Shown here: positions 18,153-26,786 of the stretch, in pieces
How the letters are laid out: each line of letters opens with the position of its first letter
How positions within the stretch are numbered: the stretch's first letter is position 1
Source of the DNA: a virus
Strand: one strand, 5' to 3'
IMG/VR virus record: IMGVR_UViG_3300045988_076381
Length of the DNA stretch: 64,000 nt
The notes under the pieces: generated by a model
Seen by the model: the letters and a program-made list of their open reading frames with translations, nothing else
Database searches by the model: none
What the model was told of the DNA's origin: nothing
Position numbers and translations under genes: made by a program

Positions 18153-18622
18153 AAAATATAACTATTGAAGTTCAGATAATTGTAAATTAATTAAAGAAGA
18201 CGATACAACTTTTAAAGTAATTACAGAAAGAGAACCTAAAACTTGGAAAGATTTTTGTGATATTGTACCAGTTATAAATGAATATTATATAGATCAATTT
18301 TCAAACGTGCGTTCGATAAGCTCTGGTAAAAGAGATCCTATGTATGATAGAAATTTATGTGCAACCAGAGAAGAAGCAGAAGCTATTGTAGCCCTTATTC
18401 AACTAAGAAGATTAAAAGTTGAATGGGATAAATATGAGAAAAAATATTTGTTCAAAAGGTATTTTTAAATACTATATTATATGGGACTACGGCAATAGTT
18501 GTTTAACTATAGGTGAAGGACTTTCAAACCATCTCTTGGAATTTAACTCTAGAGATAGTGCCTCAGAATTTATAACTTGTTCCAGTTATTTACTTGAAAA
18601 AGCTAAATTATTTTTACATTAA
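18149..18622 (+). pseudogene. decayed paralogue of 27905..28375 (two frameshifts)
   Basis: Three frames together spell MKNITIEV / DNCKLIKEDDTTFKVITEREPKTWKDFC...EEAEAIVALIQLRRLK / KYYIIWDYG...EFITCSSYLLEKAKLF. This is colinear with MKTVTIEIPDDSELIKEGNIYKICQVIPKTWEEFC...VEAEATLALTQLIRLRK... Confidence 0.55.
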
Positions 18623-18627
18623 TTTCA

Positions 18628-18987
18628 ATGAAGCAAGAATTAAAAGATAAGGAAGTAATATTATGTGCAGCTATTCACTATGATAATGGATTAGAATATC
18701 CACATCAATCCATTTACGGAGTTAAAACTGGATTTGTTTTATGTGGATATAGACATCTAAATATTATCGGAATACTTCCTACTAATATCTATTTTAAAAA
18801 GACTAATGAAAATAGTGTACAGGTAGCATGGAACGAAAATTGTCCAAAGCATGAAAGTTATCAAGGATTTCTTACTTCTACTGGTAGATTTGTTGGTAGA
18901 AGAGAAGCAGCACAAATAGCGTTACACTCAGGACAAATTAAAGAGTTAAAATTTGGAATTGAATTATATAGTGAAGATTTATATTAA
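18628..18987 (+). CDS. hypothetical protein
   Basis: 119-aa ATG ORF. Confidence 0.55.
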   Translation: MKQELKDKEVILCAAIHYDNGLEYPHQSIYGVKTGFVLCGYRHLNIIGILPTNIYFKKTNENSVQVAWNENCPKHESYQGFLTSTGRFVGRREAAQIALHSGQIKELKFGIELYSEDLY

Positions 18988-18999
18988 TTAAAATATGTT

Positions 19000-19266
19000 A
19001 TGCCACTTATTATTGTTGTTAGTTTTATTATTATAGGTGTATATGTAATAATAAATATAATTGATGAAGAGTTTGATTTAAAAGATTATATCTATTTTAT
19101 CCTAATTACACTCGGAATATTTTTGGGAGGTATAATTGAAGACTACAAACAAGAATCTCAAAACAGTTCTAAATCTAAAATAGACTACACAAAAAATTCA
19201 GAAGTATTAAATAGTATAGATACTCTAGTTACATACAGAGATAGTGTTCTCCTTATATTTAAATAA
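19000..19266 (+). CDS. membrane protein
   Basis: 88-aa ORF with two N-terminal hydrophobic helices. Confidence 0.5.
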   Translation: MPLIIVVSFIIIGVYVIINIIDEEFDLKDYIYFILITLGIFLGGIIEDYKQESQNSSKSKIDYTKNSEVLNSIDTLVTYRDSVLLIFK

Positions 19267-19379
19267 AGCATATTTATGGCTACAAGGATCTTTAATATGG
19301 AAGGATAATGGAAAGGTTTCTATTGTAGATCTATCTCTCATTCTAGAATATCTAAAGGGAATAATATTATCTGAATAAT

Positions 19380-19673
19380 ATGAAAGTAAAACTGTTAAAA
19401 AGACTAAGAAAAAAATCTATTAAAAATATTTATATACGTCCTCCGAAATTTCCTTGGGAATCTTATAAAATTATCACTCCTATACAAGATGATGTAGTAG
19501 TAATATATTTTTATACTCTAAAAGATATAAAAATCAGTGAAAGAATGCTTATAAATAAAAGGAGGGAGTATGTCTTAGATATAATTTATTCCATGCGATC
19601 ACAATTTAATAAAATTATAGCTAAGAAATATTTTACTAAGGAATTAAATAGAATTAATAAATTAATACCCTAA
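19380..19673 (+). CDS. hypothetical protein (paralogue of 17874..18152)
   Basis: 97-aa ATG ORF with the shared N-terminal motif. Confidence 0.5.
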   Translation: MKVKLLKRLRKKSIKNIYIRPPKFPWESYKIITPIQDDVVVIYFYTLKDIKISERMLINKRREYVLDIIYSMRSQFNKIIAKKYFTKELNRINKLIP

Positions 19674-19677
19674 ATTT

Positions 19678-19902
19678 ATGTGGATAGCGAGAGAAGAAAA
19701 TGATGATTTATATTTATTTAGATATAAACCTTATAAATCTGTACGTCATTGGGTTGCTGATGAACAAGATCCGTCTAAATATCGTTTTAGAATAGATAGA
19801 GAATTATTCCCAGAAATTACTTTTTATAATAGTCCCAAAGAAGTTATTCTTCAGCTTAAGGAGAAAATAACTAAAGTATCAATATTAAACCAGACTATAT
19901 GA
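19678..19902 (+). CDS. hypothetical protein
   Basis: 74-aa ATG ORF. Confidence 0.5.
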   Translation: MWIAREENDDLYLFRYKPYKSVRHWVADEQDPSKYRFRIDRELFPEITFYNSPKEVILQLKEKITKVSILNQTI

Positions 19903-20486
19903 GAAAAATAGGAATATTCTTAGGAAACTTTGATCCTCCTACTATATGTCATCAAAATATAATTAGGAATATTGTAAATTATAATTTCTTAGATGAAATC
20001 TTTATTGTTCCTAAATATAGAAGTGTTAAAGAATCATATTCCACACTTTTTACAGATAGAGTAACTATGTGTAAGAGAGCGTTTAAACCATTTAAAAAGG
20101 TTACTATATCTAATATGGAAAGTTTAATAGCTTCTACAGATATGAAAACCTATAGAGAAGGGGTTCCATCTTGGAAGACTATTGAATTCTTTAAGAATAT
20201 AAAAGATATTGAATTATATATAATAACTACATTCCCTGGATATTCCAAAATTCCTAATTGGGATAAGGGTGAGGAGATATTAAAGGATAATAAATTTATT
20301 GTTCTTTGTGAAACTAAAGATTTAGGGAAATTATCTGAAGATATTATTAGTATACCTTTATATGATCATATCAATATTACATCTAATAAAATTCGGAATT
20401 ATATAAGATTAGATTCTAATCCGTTTCCCTTAGTTCAGAAAGATGTACTTGATTATATTTACAAACATAATCTTTATATAGGATGA
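19899..20486 (+). CDS. nicotinamide/nicotinate mononucleotide adenylyltransferase (NMNAT/NadD-like)
   Basis: N-terminal GNFDPPTICH fits the G-x-F-x-P-x-(T/H)-x-x-H motif, and C-terminal NITSNKIR fits ISSTxxR. Both are hallmarks of this nucleotidyltransferase family. Confidence 0.75.
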   Translation: MRKIGIFLGNFDPPTICHQNIIRNIVNYNFLDEIFIVPKYRSVKESYSTLFTDRVTMCKRAFKPFKKVTISNMESLIASTDMKTYREGVPSWKTIEFFKNIKDIELYIITTFPGYSKIPNWDKGEEILKDNKFIVLCETKDLGKLSEDIISIPLYDHINITSNKIRNYIRLDSNPFPLVQKDVLDYIYKHNLYIG

Positions 20487-20851
20487 GATATTATATTACA
20501 GGACATCGAGATTTATCTAAAGAGGAGTTTAGTAAAATTTATATTCCGGAAATAGATAGAATTATTCAGGAAGATTCTAATGCAGTATTCTTAGTTGGAG
20601 TATGTGAAGGTGTTGATTTATATACTATACAGTATTTAAATAAATACTCTATTCCAGTTCAAGTATACGGTCCGAATTTGGATATTAAAAATGATCTTAT
20701 AAGATTACATTTATATCCAAGTTATGAAAAATCTGCTTTAGAGATGATTAAAAATTCAGATAAAACTATCGGATTTATTAAACCTGGTAGAGAAAATTCT
20801 AGTTTTACTGCTCTAAATGTTTTAAAAAGGTATATAATAAACAAATCTTAA
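20483..20851 (+). CDS. SLOG/YpsA(DUF1273)-like Rossmannoid protein (putative)
   Basis: MRYYITGHRD...FLVGVCEGVDLYTIQYL resembles the ITGxR...G-x-x-G-x-D layout. There is a 4-nt ATGA overlap with the NMNAT gene. Confidence 0.4.
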   Translation: MRYYITGHRDLSKEEFSKIYIPEIDRIIQEDSNAVFLVGVCEGVDLYTIQYLNKYSIPVQVYGPNLDIKNDLIRLHLYPSYEKSALEMIKNSDKTIGFIKPGRENSSFTALNVLKRYIINKS

Positions 20852-20862
20852 ACTTAAATAAT

Positions 20863-21272
20863 ATGAATAGAAAAGAAAGAACTATCTCCGAAAATATGGA
20901 GAAATTAATGATAGACCAAATCTCAAGAGAATTATATAATCATAATGTATATAGAACATATGCGAATTACTATTATGTAAGAGGATTGTTTAAATTACAT
21001 CTTTATTATGAGATGAGATCTAACGAGGAATATAATCATCATCAATGGATTGTTGATAGATTATATAGAGCCGGAGTTGATTTTAATTATCCAGAAGTAC
21101 CAGCTATTAAATCTAATCATGTTATATTAAAGCCAGAAGATAGTTTTCAGAAAGTAGTAGATTTAGAGATTGAAACTACTATGTATATAAATAAAATGAT
21201 AGAAACTGCGAAAGAGGAGAAGGATTGGCAGACGGAGGGATGGTTAAAGAGGACGTTAAATGAAGAGCAGAT
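20863..21272 (+). CDS. ferritin-like protein, exon 1 of 2
   Basis: Four-helix ferritin pattern (QISRELYNHNVYRTYANYY...SNEEYNHHQWIVDRL...DLEIETTMYINKMIETA...). The ORF runs into intron sequence after LNEEQ. Confidence 0.7.
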
Positions 21273-21464
21273 AAACTTTTGTCTGAAAGTATGGTAACAT
21301 ACAGGTGAATAGATCAAAATCGATGAAGTCTAATTTAGATAATATCGAGGTAAGTATGAATTTAAAGGATTCATACCACTGTAACGCGTAGGTGTTGAAA
21401 CTATTAATTATTTATAAATTATATTTTTGCAGAAGAGATAATTGTTTTTATCGTGGAAGAATAT

Positions 21465-21472
21465 TAACTTTG
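21465..21472 (+). promoter_or_regulatory. -7 box TAacTTTG inside the intron, upstream of the endonuclease gene
   Basis: Matches TAnnTTTG, 31 nt upstream of ATG 21503. Confidence 0.4.
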
Positions 21473-21502
21473 TATTTATTACATTTTAATATTTAAATTC
21501 TT

Positions 21503-22270
21503 ATGGATAAAAACAGAAAACTAGAATTTGAGGGAAAGATATTTCCTACGAATAATTGTGGCGAGCTAAAAATCATCGAATATAATGGAGCAACTAATGT
21601 AGTGGTGGAGTTTATTACTACTAAAACTATACATTCTACCACTATGAATAACATCAAGAAAGGATCAGTATCCGATCCTATGTATCCAACAGTATATGGA
21701 ATAGGATATATGGGTATAGGAGAGTATAAAAGTAGGACTGGGACTAGTCCTCAAACAACTTGCTATAAACGATGGAAAGAAATTCTTAATCGATGCTATA
21801 ATCCTAAATGTTCTGCTTATAAATTTTATGGAGGAAATGGAGCAATTATATGTGAAGAATGGAAAAATTTCCAAAATTTTGCATCTTGGTGGTATTCTAA
21901 CTTTCCAAATTGGGAAGGAATTAAAATTGCTATAGATAAAGATTTATTATGTAAGGGAAATAAGGAATATTGTCCTGAATACTGCTGCTTTTTACCTCAA
22001 GAAATAAACGAAGCTCTTACTTTAAGAAAAAAGGAAAGAGGGGATTATCCAGTTGGAGTACGGTTAAAAGAAGGAAAAATTATTGCTCAAATTAATTACA
22101 TGGGAAATAAAAAACATTTAGGAACATTTTCCACTGTTGAAGATGCTTTTGCAAAATATAAAATAGAAAAGGAAAAGTGTATGAAAGAATATGCTGATAA
22201 ATACAAAAATATACTTTCGGAGAGAGTGTATCAAGCATTATATAACTACACTATAAATATAGATGATTAA
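21503..22270 (+). CDS. intron-encoded AP2-domain homing-endonuclease-like protein
   Basis: C-terminal GVRLKEGKIIAQINYMGNKKHLGTFSTVEDAFAKYK is an AP2-like DNA-binding motif. The ORF lies wholly inside the intron. Confidence 0.55.
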   Translation: MDKNRKLEFEGKIFPTNNCGELKIIEYNGATNVVVEFITTKTIHSTTMNNIKKGSVSDPMYPTVYGIGYMGIGEYKSRTGTSPQTTCYKRWKEILNRCYNPKCSAYKFYGGNGAIICEEWKNFQNFASWWYSNFPNWEGIKIAIDKDLLCKGNKEYCPEYCCFLPQEINEALTLRKKERGDYPVGVRLKEGKIIAQINYMGNKKHLGTFSTVEDAFAKYKIEKEKCMKEYADKYKNILSERVYQALYNYTINIDD

Positions 22271-22441
22271 TAGAATAAAATATACCCAAGAGTGATCTAC
22301 TCCTACAGGTAATGCTGAGGATGAAAATGTACGCTGAACCGTCTGATGATTAAATCAGAATATCTTTATTTACATCTTCAATAAAGTAAGGAGGAGACTC
22401 CCGGAAGTAAGAGATAAAAAACTCTTACGATAACAAAATTG

Positions 22442-22604
22442 GGAAGAAGAAGATGTTAGCCGAATAATCCTAACAATGTCTGAGGAAGATACTGACTGGC
22501 AGACTAAGGAAGATACTATTCTATCATATTATAATGGATTGAATAGAGTAATAGAAGGAGATAGAGATATTATTGACAATAACTCTTTTCTTAAACAAAG
22601 ATAA
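22442..22604 (+). CDS. ferritin-like protein, exon 2 of 2
   Basis: In-frame continuation (M)EEEDVSRIILTMSEEDTDW...FLKQR, stop at 22602-22604. Confidence 0.65.
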
Positions 22605-22623
22605 TAATTTAATATAATAACTT

Positions 22624-23268
22624 ATGTTAGTTCTAGATAATATTAATTCAGTCTCGGATGTAATTACAAATTCCTCATCGGAATTATTTGTAATAAACGA
22701 TAAAAATACTACATTAGACCATCTTAAGAATATAATCAATCCTATATTAGATGGTTATTATGAACCATTTGTATTTAATTTAGATACGTTTAGAAAATGG
22801 GTAGAAAGTTCCGAAGAGGATAATTCTACGGATATAGACGCATGTTTTCAGACTATATACGACTGGTTCATTGATTTAGAGTGTCCTAGTGGTTTAACTT
22901 ACTATATTAGGGATACTCTTTATAAGTTACGGTTAGAGGACTATATTAAATTAGAAAATAGTCTACTTAAAGAATTATACGCGGAATTAATTAAAAAGTA
23001 TGATACTAATTATTCCTCATATAAAGAAATTGAAGCTTTTCTTCAAACATATGATGAAGACAAAATAAACAAAATCATAGACTATTTGCTAAATACAAAT
23101 TTCGAATATGACATTCGAAAATTAAATGGAAAGATTATTCTCCTTTCCGAGGAGGAGAATTCCATTTCATGTAGTAGAAAATTTAACCGCTCAGAATTTG
23201 CGGAAGATTCTGATGTATTTCAATGGCTTGAGCATAATTTTAATATTACATATTATCATTTAGGATGA
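22624..23268 (+). CDS. hypothetical protein, SD(I/V)ITNSSSE-motif family member 1
   Basis: N-terminal NSVSDVITNSSSELFVI. Confidence 0.6.
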   Translation: MLVLDNINSVSDVITNSSSELFVINDKNTTLDHLKNIINPILDGYYEPFVFNLDTFRKWVESSEEDNSTDIDACFQTIYDWFIDLECPSGLTYYIRDTLYKLRLEDYIKLENSLLKELYAELIKKYDTNYSSYKEIEAFLQTYDEDKINKIIDYLLNTNFEYDIRKLNGKIILLSEEENSISCSRKFNRSEFAEDSDVFQWLEHNFNITYYHLG

Positions 23269-23690
23269 GATTTAAAATACATTCAATATCAGATATTATA
23301 ACAAACAGTAGTTCAGAAGTATTTCTTGTTTCTAAAGATAGTGAGATAAAGAATATAAAAGGATTGCAAGAGAAACTGAATTTAGGAGACGTATCTGATT
23401 TACTAAAGTTTATACATACTTATAGTTGGGGTATAGATAAAGACTATAATTATGGAGATTTATGTATAACACTTGATCATATACGTGATATAACTAATGC
23501 TTTCAGTAACTACTTCAATGATAGTGACTGGGATGATAATATCTCAAAAATAGGTATATTACGTGATGAGATGTACAAAGTATTTGCTGAGAGTTTTAAA
23601 GATATAGTAGCTATAGTAATAGATAATGGCTATTATTATGAATTTATTGCAAATAATCCAAATTTAAAATATGAAAACTTTCCATATTAA
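23265..23690 (+). CDS. hypothetical protein, SD(I/V)ITNSSSE-motif family member 2
   Basis: N-terminal KIHSISDIITNSSSEVFLV; ATGA overlap with member 1. Confidence 0.6.
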   Translation: MRFKIHSISDIITNSSSEVFLVSKDSEIKNIKGLQEKLNLGDVSDLLKFIHTYSWGIDKDYNYGDLCITLDHIRDITNAFSNYFNDSDWDDNISKIGILRDEMYKVFAESFKDIVAIVIDNGYYYEFIANNPNLKYENFPY

Positions 23691-23979
23691 AATTCATTCT
23701 ATTTCAGATATTATTACTAATAGTAGTTCCGAGACCTTTTGTTTTATTTATAGTGAAGATATATCTAAAGTATTAAAAGTATTATCTCCTTATTTTGGGA
23801 ACTATGATGTTTTTGATGAATGTTGTGCACAAATATATGGTCCTTTTCAAGAAGGTATAGAGGATCCTTATATTGAAATTAGATGTTCCGAAGATTATAG
23901 ACCTTCGTTACTAGAAGAAGGATTAAGATATGTATTAGATAAAAATAATATTGATTATACAATATCAAAAGAAGAATAA
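23671..23979 (+). CDS. hypothetical protein, SD(I/V)ITNSSSE-motif family member 3
   Basis: N-terminal KIHSISDIITNSSSETFCFI; 20-nt overlap with member 2. Confidence 0.6.
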   Translation: MKTFHIKIHSISDIITNSSSETFCFIYSEDISKVLKVLSPYFGNYDVFDECCAQIYGPFQEGIEDPYIEIRCSEDYRPSLLEEGLRYVLDKNNIDYTISKEE

Positions 23980-24271
23980 AAAATATCTTTATATATGGAG
24001 TCAATAATAGAGTTCCAATAATTTTTGTATTTGATTCTAAATACTATAATGAAACTACTATAAGTAATATATTAAATAAACTATTAGAGCCTGAGGGAAG
24101 ATCATACGAAGATTTCTTTAGAAAGATCCAACCGGCTATTGAAGTAACAACATGCTGCAATCCTAAAGACTTAGTAGTACTAACTTATGAGATACCCTAT
24201 TGGATGAGACTTTATTTAGAGAATTTACATAATGTAAAAGGTTATAGTTGTTTAACTTTATAAATTAAGAG

Positions 24272-24739
24272 ATGAAAGATTTTAAACACTTTGGAGTTAG
24301 GTTTAAAGGTATAAGTAGTTGTAATTATACCGCAATATGGAGTAATTTAATTACAATACGTCTTGGAGATAAAGAGATTAAAGAACTTCCAGCAGATAAA
24401 GCTGAGTTTTATGACGTTTCATTAGGAGATAAATGTGTTACTGGGAAATGTAATTTCTGCTTAGTACCAGAAACACATATACTTACTAATGAGGGTGATA
24501 AATATATAACAGACATAAAAACAGAAGACTTAGTGTTTTCTTACAATGAGTGTAGTGGAGATATTGAGTTAAAAAAAGTAGACCAAGTATTTGAAAGAGT
24601 ATATGAAGGAGAACTTATTGAAGTGGTTACAGAAATCGGAACTTTAAGACTGACTCCGAATCATAAAATATATACTAGAAATAGAGGATGGATTGCAGCG
24701 TGTAATCTACAAGTGTCAGACGAATTGTTAGAATTTTAA
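24272..24739 (+). CDS. radical-SAM-like protein N-terminal fragment fused to the N-terminal half of a split intein
   Basis: 62 aa of host sequence end in DKCVTGKCNF. Intein block A follows (CLVPETHILT), then block B (TPNHKIY), then a stop. Confidence 0.75.
   Translation: MKDFKHFGVRFKGISSCNYTAIWSNLITIRLGDKEIKELPADKAEFYDVSLGDKCVTGKCNFCLVPETHILTNEGDKYITDIKTEDLVFSYNECSGDIELKKVDQVFERVYEGELIEVVTEIGTLRLTPNHKIYTRNRGWIAACNLQVSDELLEF
24458..24736 (+). mobile_element. split intein, N-terminal half (about 93 aa)
   Basis: Starts at Cys63 (CLVPETHILTNEGD...) and contains TxxH. Several stop codons follow in every frame before the next ORF. Confidence 0.7.
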
Positions 24740-24773
24740 TATCCGAAAAGTTGGAAGTATTAAAATAGATTAT

Positions 24774-24781
24774 TATTTTTG
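24774..24781 (+). promoter_or_regulatory. -7 box TAttTTTG upstream of the free-standing HNH gene
   Basis: Matches TAnnTTTG, 31 nt upstream of ATG 24812. Confidence 0.4.
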
Positions 24782-24811
24782 TATATAAAATAATAACTAA
24801 TTTTAATACTT

Positions 24812-25933
24812 ATGAAAACATGTAAATATTGTGGATGTGATATATCCCACCTAAGAGCTAATGCTACCACTTGTGGATCGAGAGAATGTATAAATGCGTA
24901 TAGAAGAGAACGTAAATCCAAACCTAAGGAGCCAAGAACTTGCGAAATTTGTGGAACGTCTATAGACGATCTTCCTGGACAAAGGAGAATTTGTAAAAAT
25001 CCAGAATGTGAAGCGGAGCAAAAAAGAAGAAAATATGCACAGGCCTTAAAAGAAAAAATATGTAAAAAATGTGGAGATACTTTCCTTGGCACTTCTAAAC
25101 AAACCTGTTGTGAAAACTGTAGAAAACATAAAGATATAACATTTAAAGTTATAGAACAGAAAGTAGTTTGTGAAGATTGTGGAGCCTTACTAAGGACCGA
25201 AAGTAAAAAAGTTAATGGAAAAACTAAGGAGATTATAGCAAAAGGAATGTGTGATGATTGTAAACAAAAACATAGAGAGAAACTTAGTTTACAAATGAAA
25301 GAACATAATCCTATGTTTGATCCTGAGATAGTTAAAAAAACTTCGGAGACAAGACGATATAAGTATCTACAAAAATGTGAAGAAGAAGAAAGGCTTCCTT
25401 ATGTAAGAAAAGGATGTAAAGGTGAAACTAGGGAAGAAATGATTCAAAGAATGAAAGAACACAATCCTATGTTTGATCCTGAAACTAGAGCAAAGGTCAG
25501 CAAAACTCTTAAAGAAAAAATTTTATCTGGAGAAATTATTTATGCTAAAGGTCCAGAACATCATTTGTGGAAAGGTAATAGAAATTTTAATAAGGCAGTA
25601 CGTATAGAATTAAGAAAATGGGTTAAAGAACAAATGGAAAAGGTTCATTATATATGCCAAAAATGTGGGAAAACACGCACCGAATTACATGTACACCATT
25701 TACATCCATTAAGGGATATAATTTTGGATACTTTAAATAAAAATAATTTAACTATCATAGATATAAATAGTATGGAGGGTTCAGAACAATATTTTGATAT
25801 AATTAAACAAATAATTGAATATCATTATCAACATAATGATATCGGAATTGTTGTTTGTCCCCAATGTCATAATGAACTAGATAGTTATTATAAAAGAAAA
25901 ACTCATGAAAATAGTAAGTATAAAGAAAGTTAA
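24812..25933 (+). CDS. free-standing HNH homing endonuclease with zinc ribbons and NUMOD3-like repeats
   Basis: Many CxxC pairs, the duplicated motif MKEHNPMFDPE(I/T)..K.S.T, and C-terminal HVHHLHPL...VVCPQCHNELD (HNH). Confidence 0.75.
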   Translation: MKTCKYCGCDISHLRANATTCGSRECINAYRRERKSKPKEPRTCEICGTSIDDLPGQRRICKNPECEAEQKRRKYAQALKEKICKKCGDTFLGTSKQTCCENCRKHKDITFKVIEQKVVCEDCGALLRTESKKVNGKTKEIIAKGMCDDCKQKHREKLSLQMKEHNPMFDPEIVKKTSETRRYKYLQKCEEEERLPYVRKGCKGETREEMIQRMKEHNPMFDPETRAKVSKTLKEKILSGEIIYAKGPEHHLWKGNRNFNKAVRIELRKWVKEQMEKVHYICQKCGKTRTELHVHHLHPLRDIILDTLNKNNLTIIDINSMEGSEQYFDIIKQIIEYHYQHNDIGIVVCPQCHNELDSYYKRKTHENSKYKES

Positions 25934-26009
25934 TTATAATGGAAAGGTATATAATATTGGAGTGAGAGATAATAATAATTATTTTGCATCTAATATTTTA
26001 GTACATAAC
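25905..26009 (+). mobile_element. split intein, C-terminal half (35 aa)
   Basis: MKIVSIKKVNYNGKVYNIGVRDNNNYFASNILVHN ends in the canonical HN, followed by the +1 Cys. Confidence 0.7.
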
Positions 26010-26786
26010 TGCTATGTATCTTCTAATCCAAATGGGGAGTATTATACTAATGTATGTGAAACATGGAAGAAGTTTATTGCTACATTTGCTCCAGATAAGA
26101 AAGAAAAGAATATCACTATCACAGAAAAACCCTTTCAAATAGCGATTGGATCTGAAGGCTCTGCGGACGAGTCGCCGGAGTTCTGTGATTTCTTGGAAAC
26201 TGTATATAATACTGGAGTAGTTCCTAATTATACTACTAACGGAGTAATTCTATCATATTATGATAAGCCTGGAACAGAATATTATGACTTGGCGAATAAA
26301 ATCCTTAAATATACTCACGATTATGTAGCAGGAGTTGCTGTCTCGTTTGGAAACAAATCTCTCCGATCTTATGCAGAAAATGCTATAAAAGGATTATTAG
26401 AAAAAGGAGATTGTCATATTAATATTCATCATATAATATCTGATAAAGCCTCTGTACAAGACTTTATAGATAGTTGGTATAATTACTCAGACGATATAAA
26501 ATATCATGTCCTATTGCCTCTAATGCCCTCTGGAAGGTCTACTAAAGGATTAGAACCAGGAGTATGGGAAATTCTAGAAAAAGCGATTAAAGATTTAAAT
26601 ATTACAAATGTTGCCTTTGGAGCTCATTTTTATAAATATCTAACAGATTCATCAATTAAAGCTTGGATATATCCTCCCGAAAGTTTAAGTAAGAATATGA
26701 TTCTTAAAAATGGGAAAGTTATTATTACTCCAAGCTCCTTTGATTTAACTCCTATTAAAACATTTGATTTTAATGAGAAAATATAA
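25905..26786 (+). CDS. split-intein C-terminal half fused to the radical-SAM-like protein C-terminal fragment
   Basis: After the 35-aa intein half comes CYVSSNPNG...QIAIGSEG...PNYTTNG. The joined exteins give CVTGKCNFC (C-x4-C-x2-C). Confidence 0.7.
   Translation: MKIVSIKKVNYNGKVYNIGVRDNNNYFASNILVHNCYVSSNPNGEYYTNVCETWKKFIATFAPDKKEKNITITEKPFQIAIGSEGSADESPEFCDFLETVYNTGVVPNYTTNGVILSYYDKPGTEYYDLANKILKYTHDYVAGVAVSFGNKSLRSYAENAIKGLLEKGDCHINIHHIISDKASVQDFIDSWYNYSDDIKYHVLLPLMPSGRSTKGLEPGVWEILEKAIKDLNITNVAFGAHFYKYLTDSSIKAWIYPPESLSKNMILKNGKVIITPSSFDLTPIKTFDFNEKI

Larger units (their letters stand above)
21273..22441 (+). mobile_element. group I intron (family B) carrying an AP2-type endonuclease gene
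   Basis: Shares the blocks gtaacgcgtag (21381), ccaagagtg (22286), aaaatgtacgctgaac and the 3' end gataacaaaattg with three other elements. gtctg at 21283 can pair with exonic cagaU. Removal restores EEQ-M-EEEDV. Confidence 0.75.

Noticed and set aside
23955-23979. Programmed -1 ribosomal frameshift joining ORF 23671..23979 to the start-less frame 23955..24263
   Set aside because: The overlap has no canonical X XXY YYZ slippery heptamer (it reads aca ata tca aaa gaa gaa taa) and no obvious downstream stimulatory structure. It is kept only as an open question in the findings.
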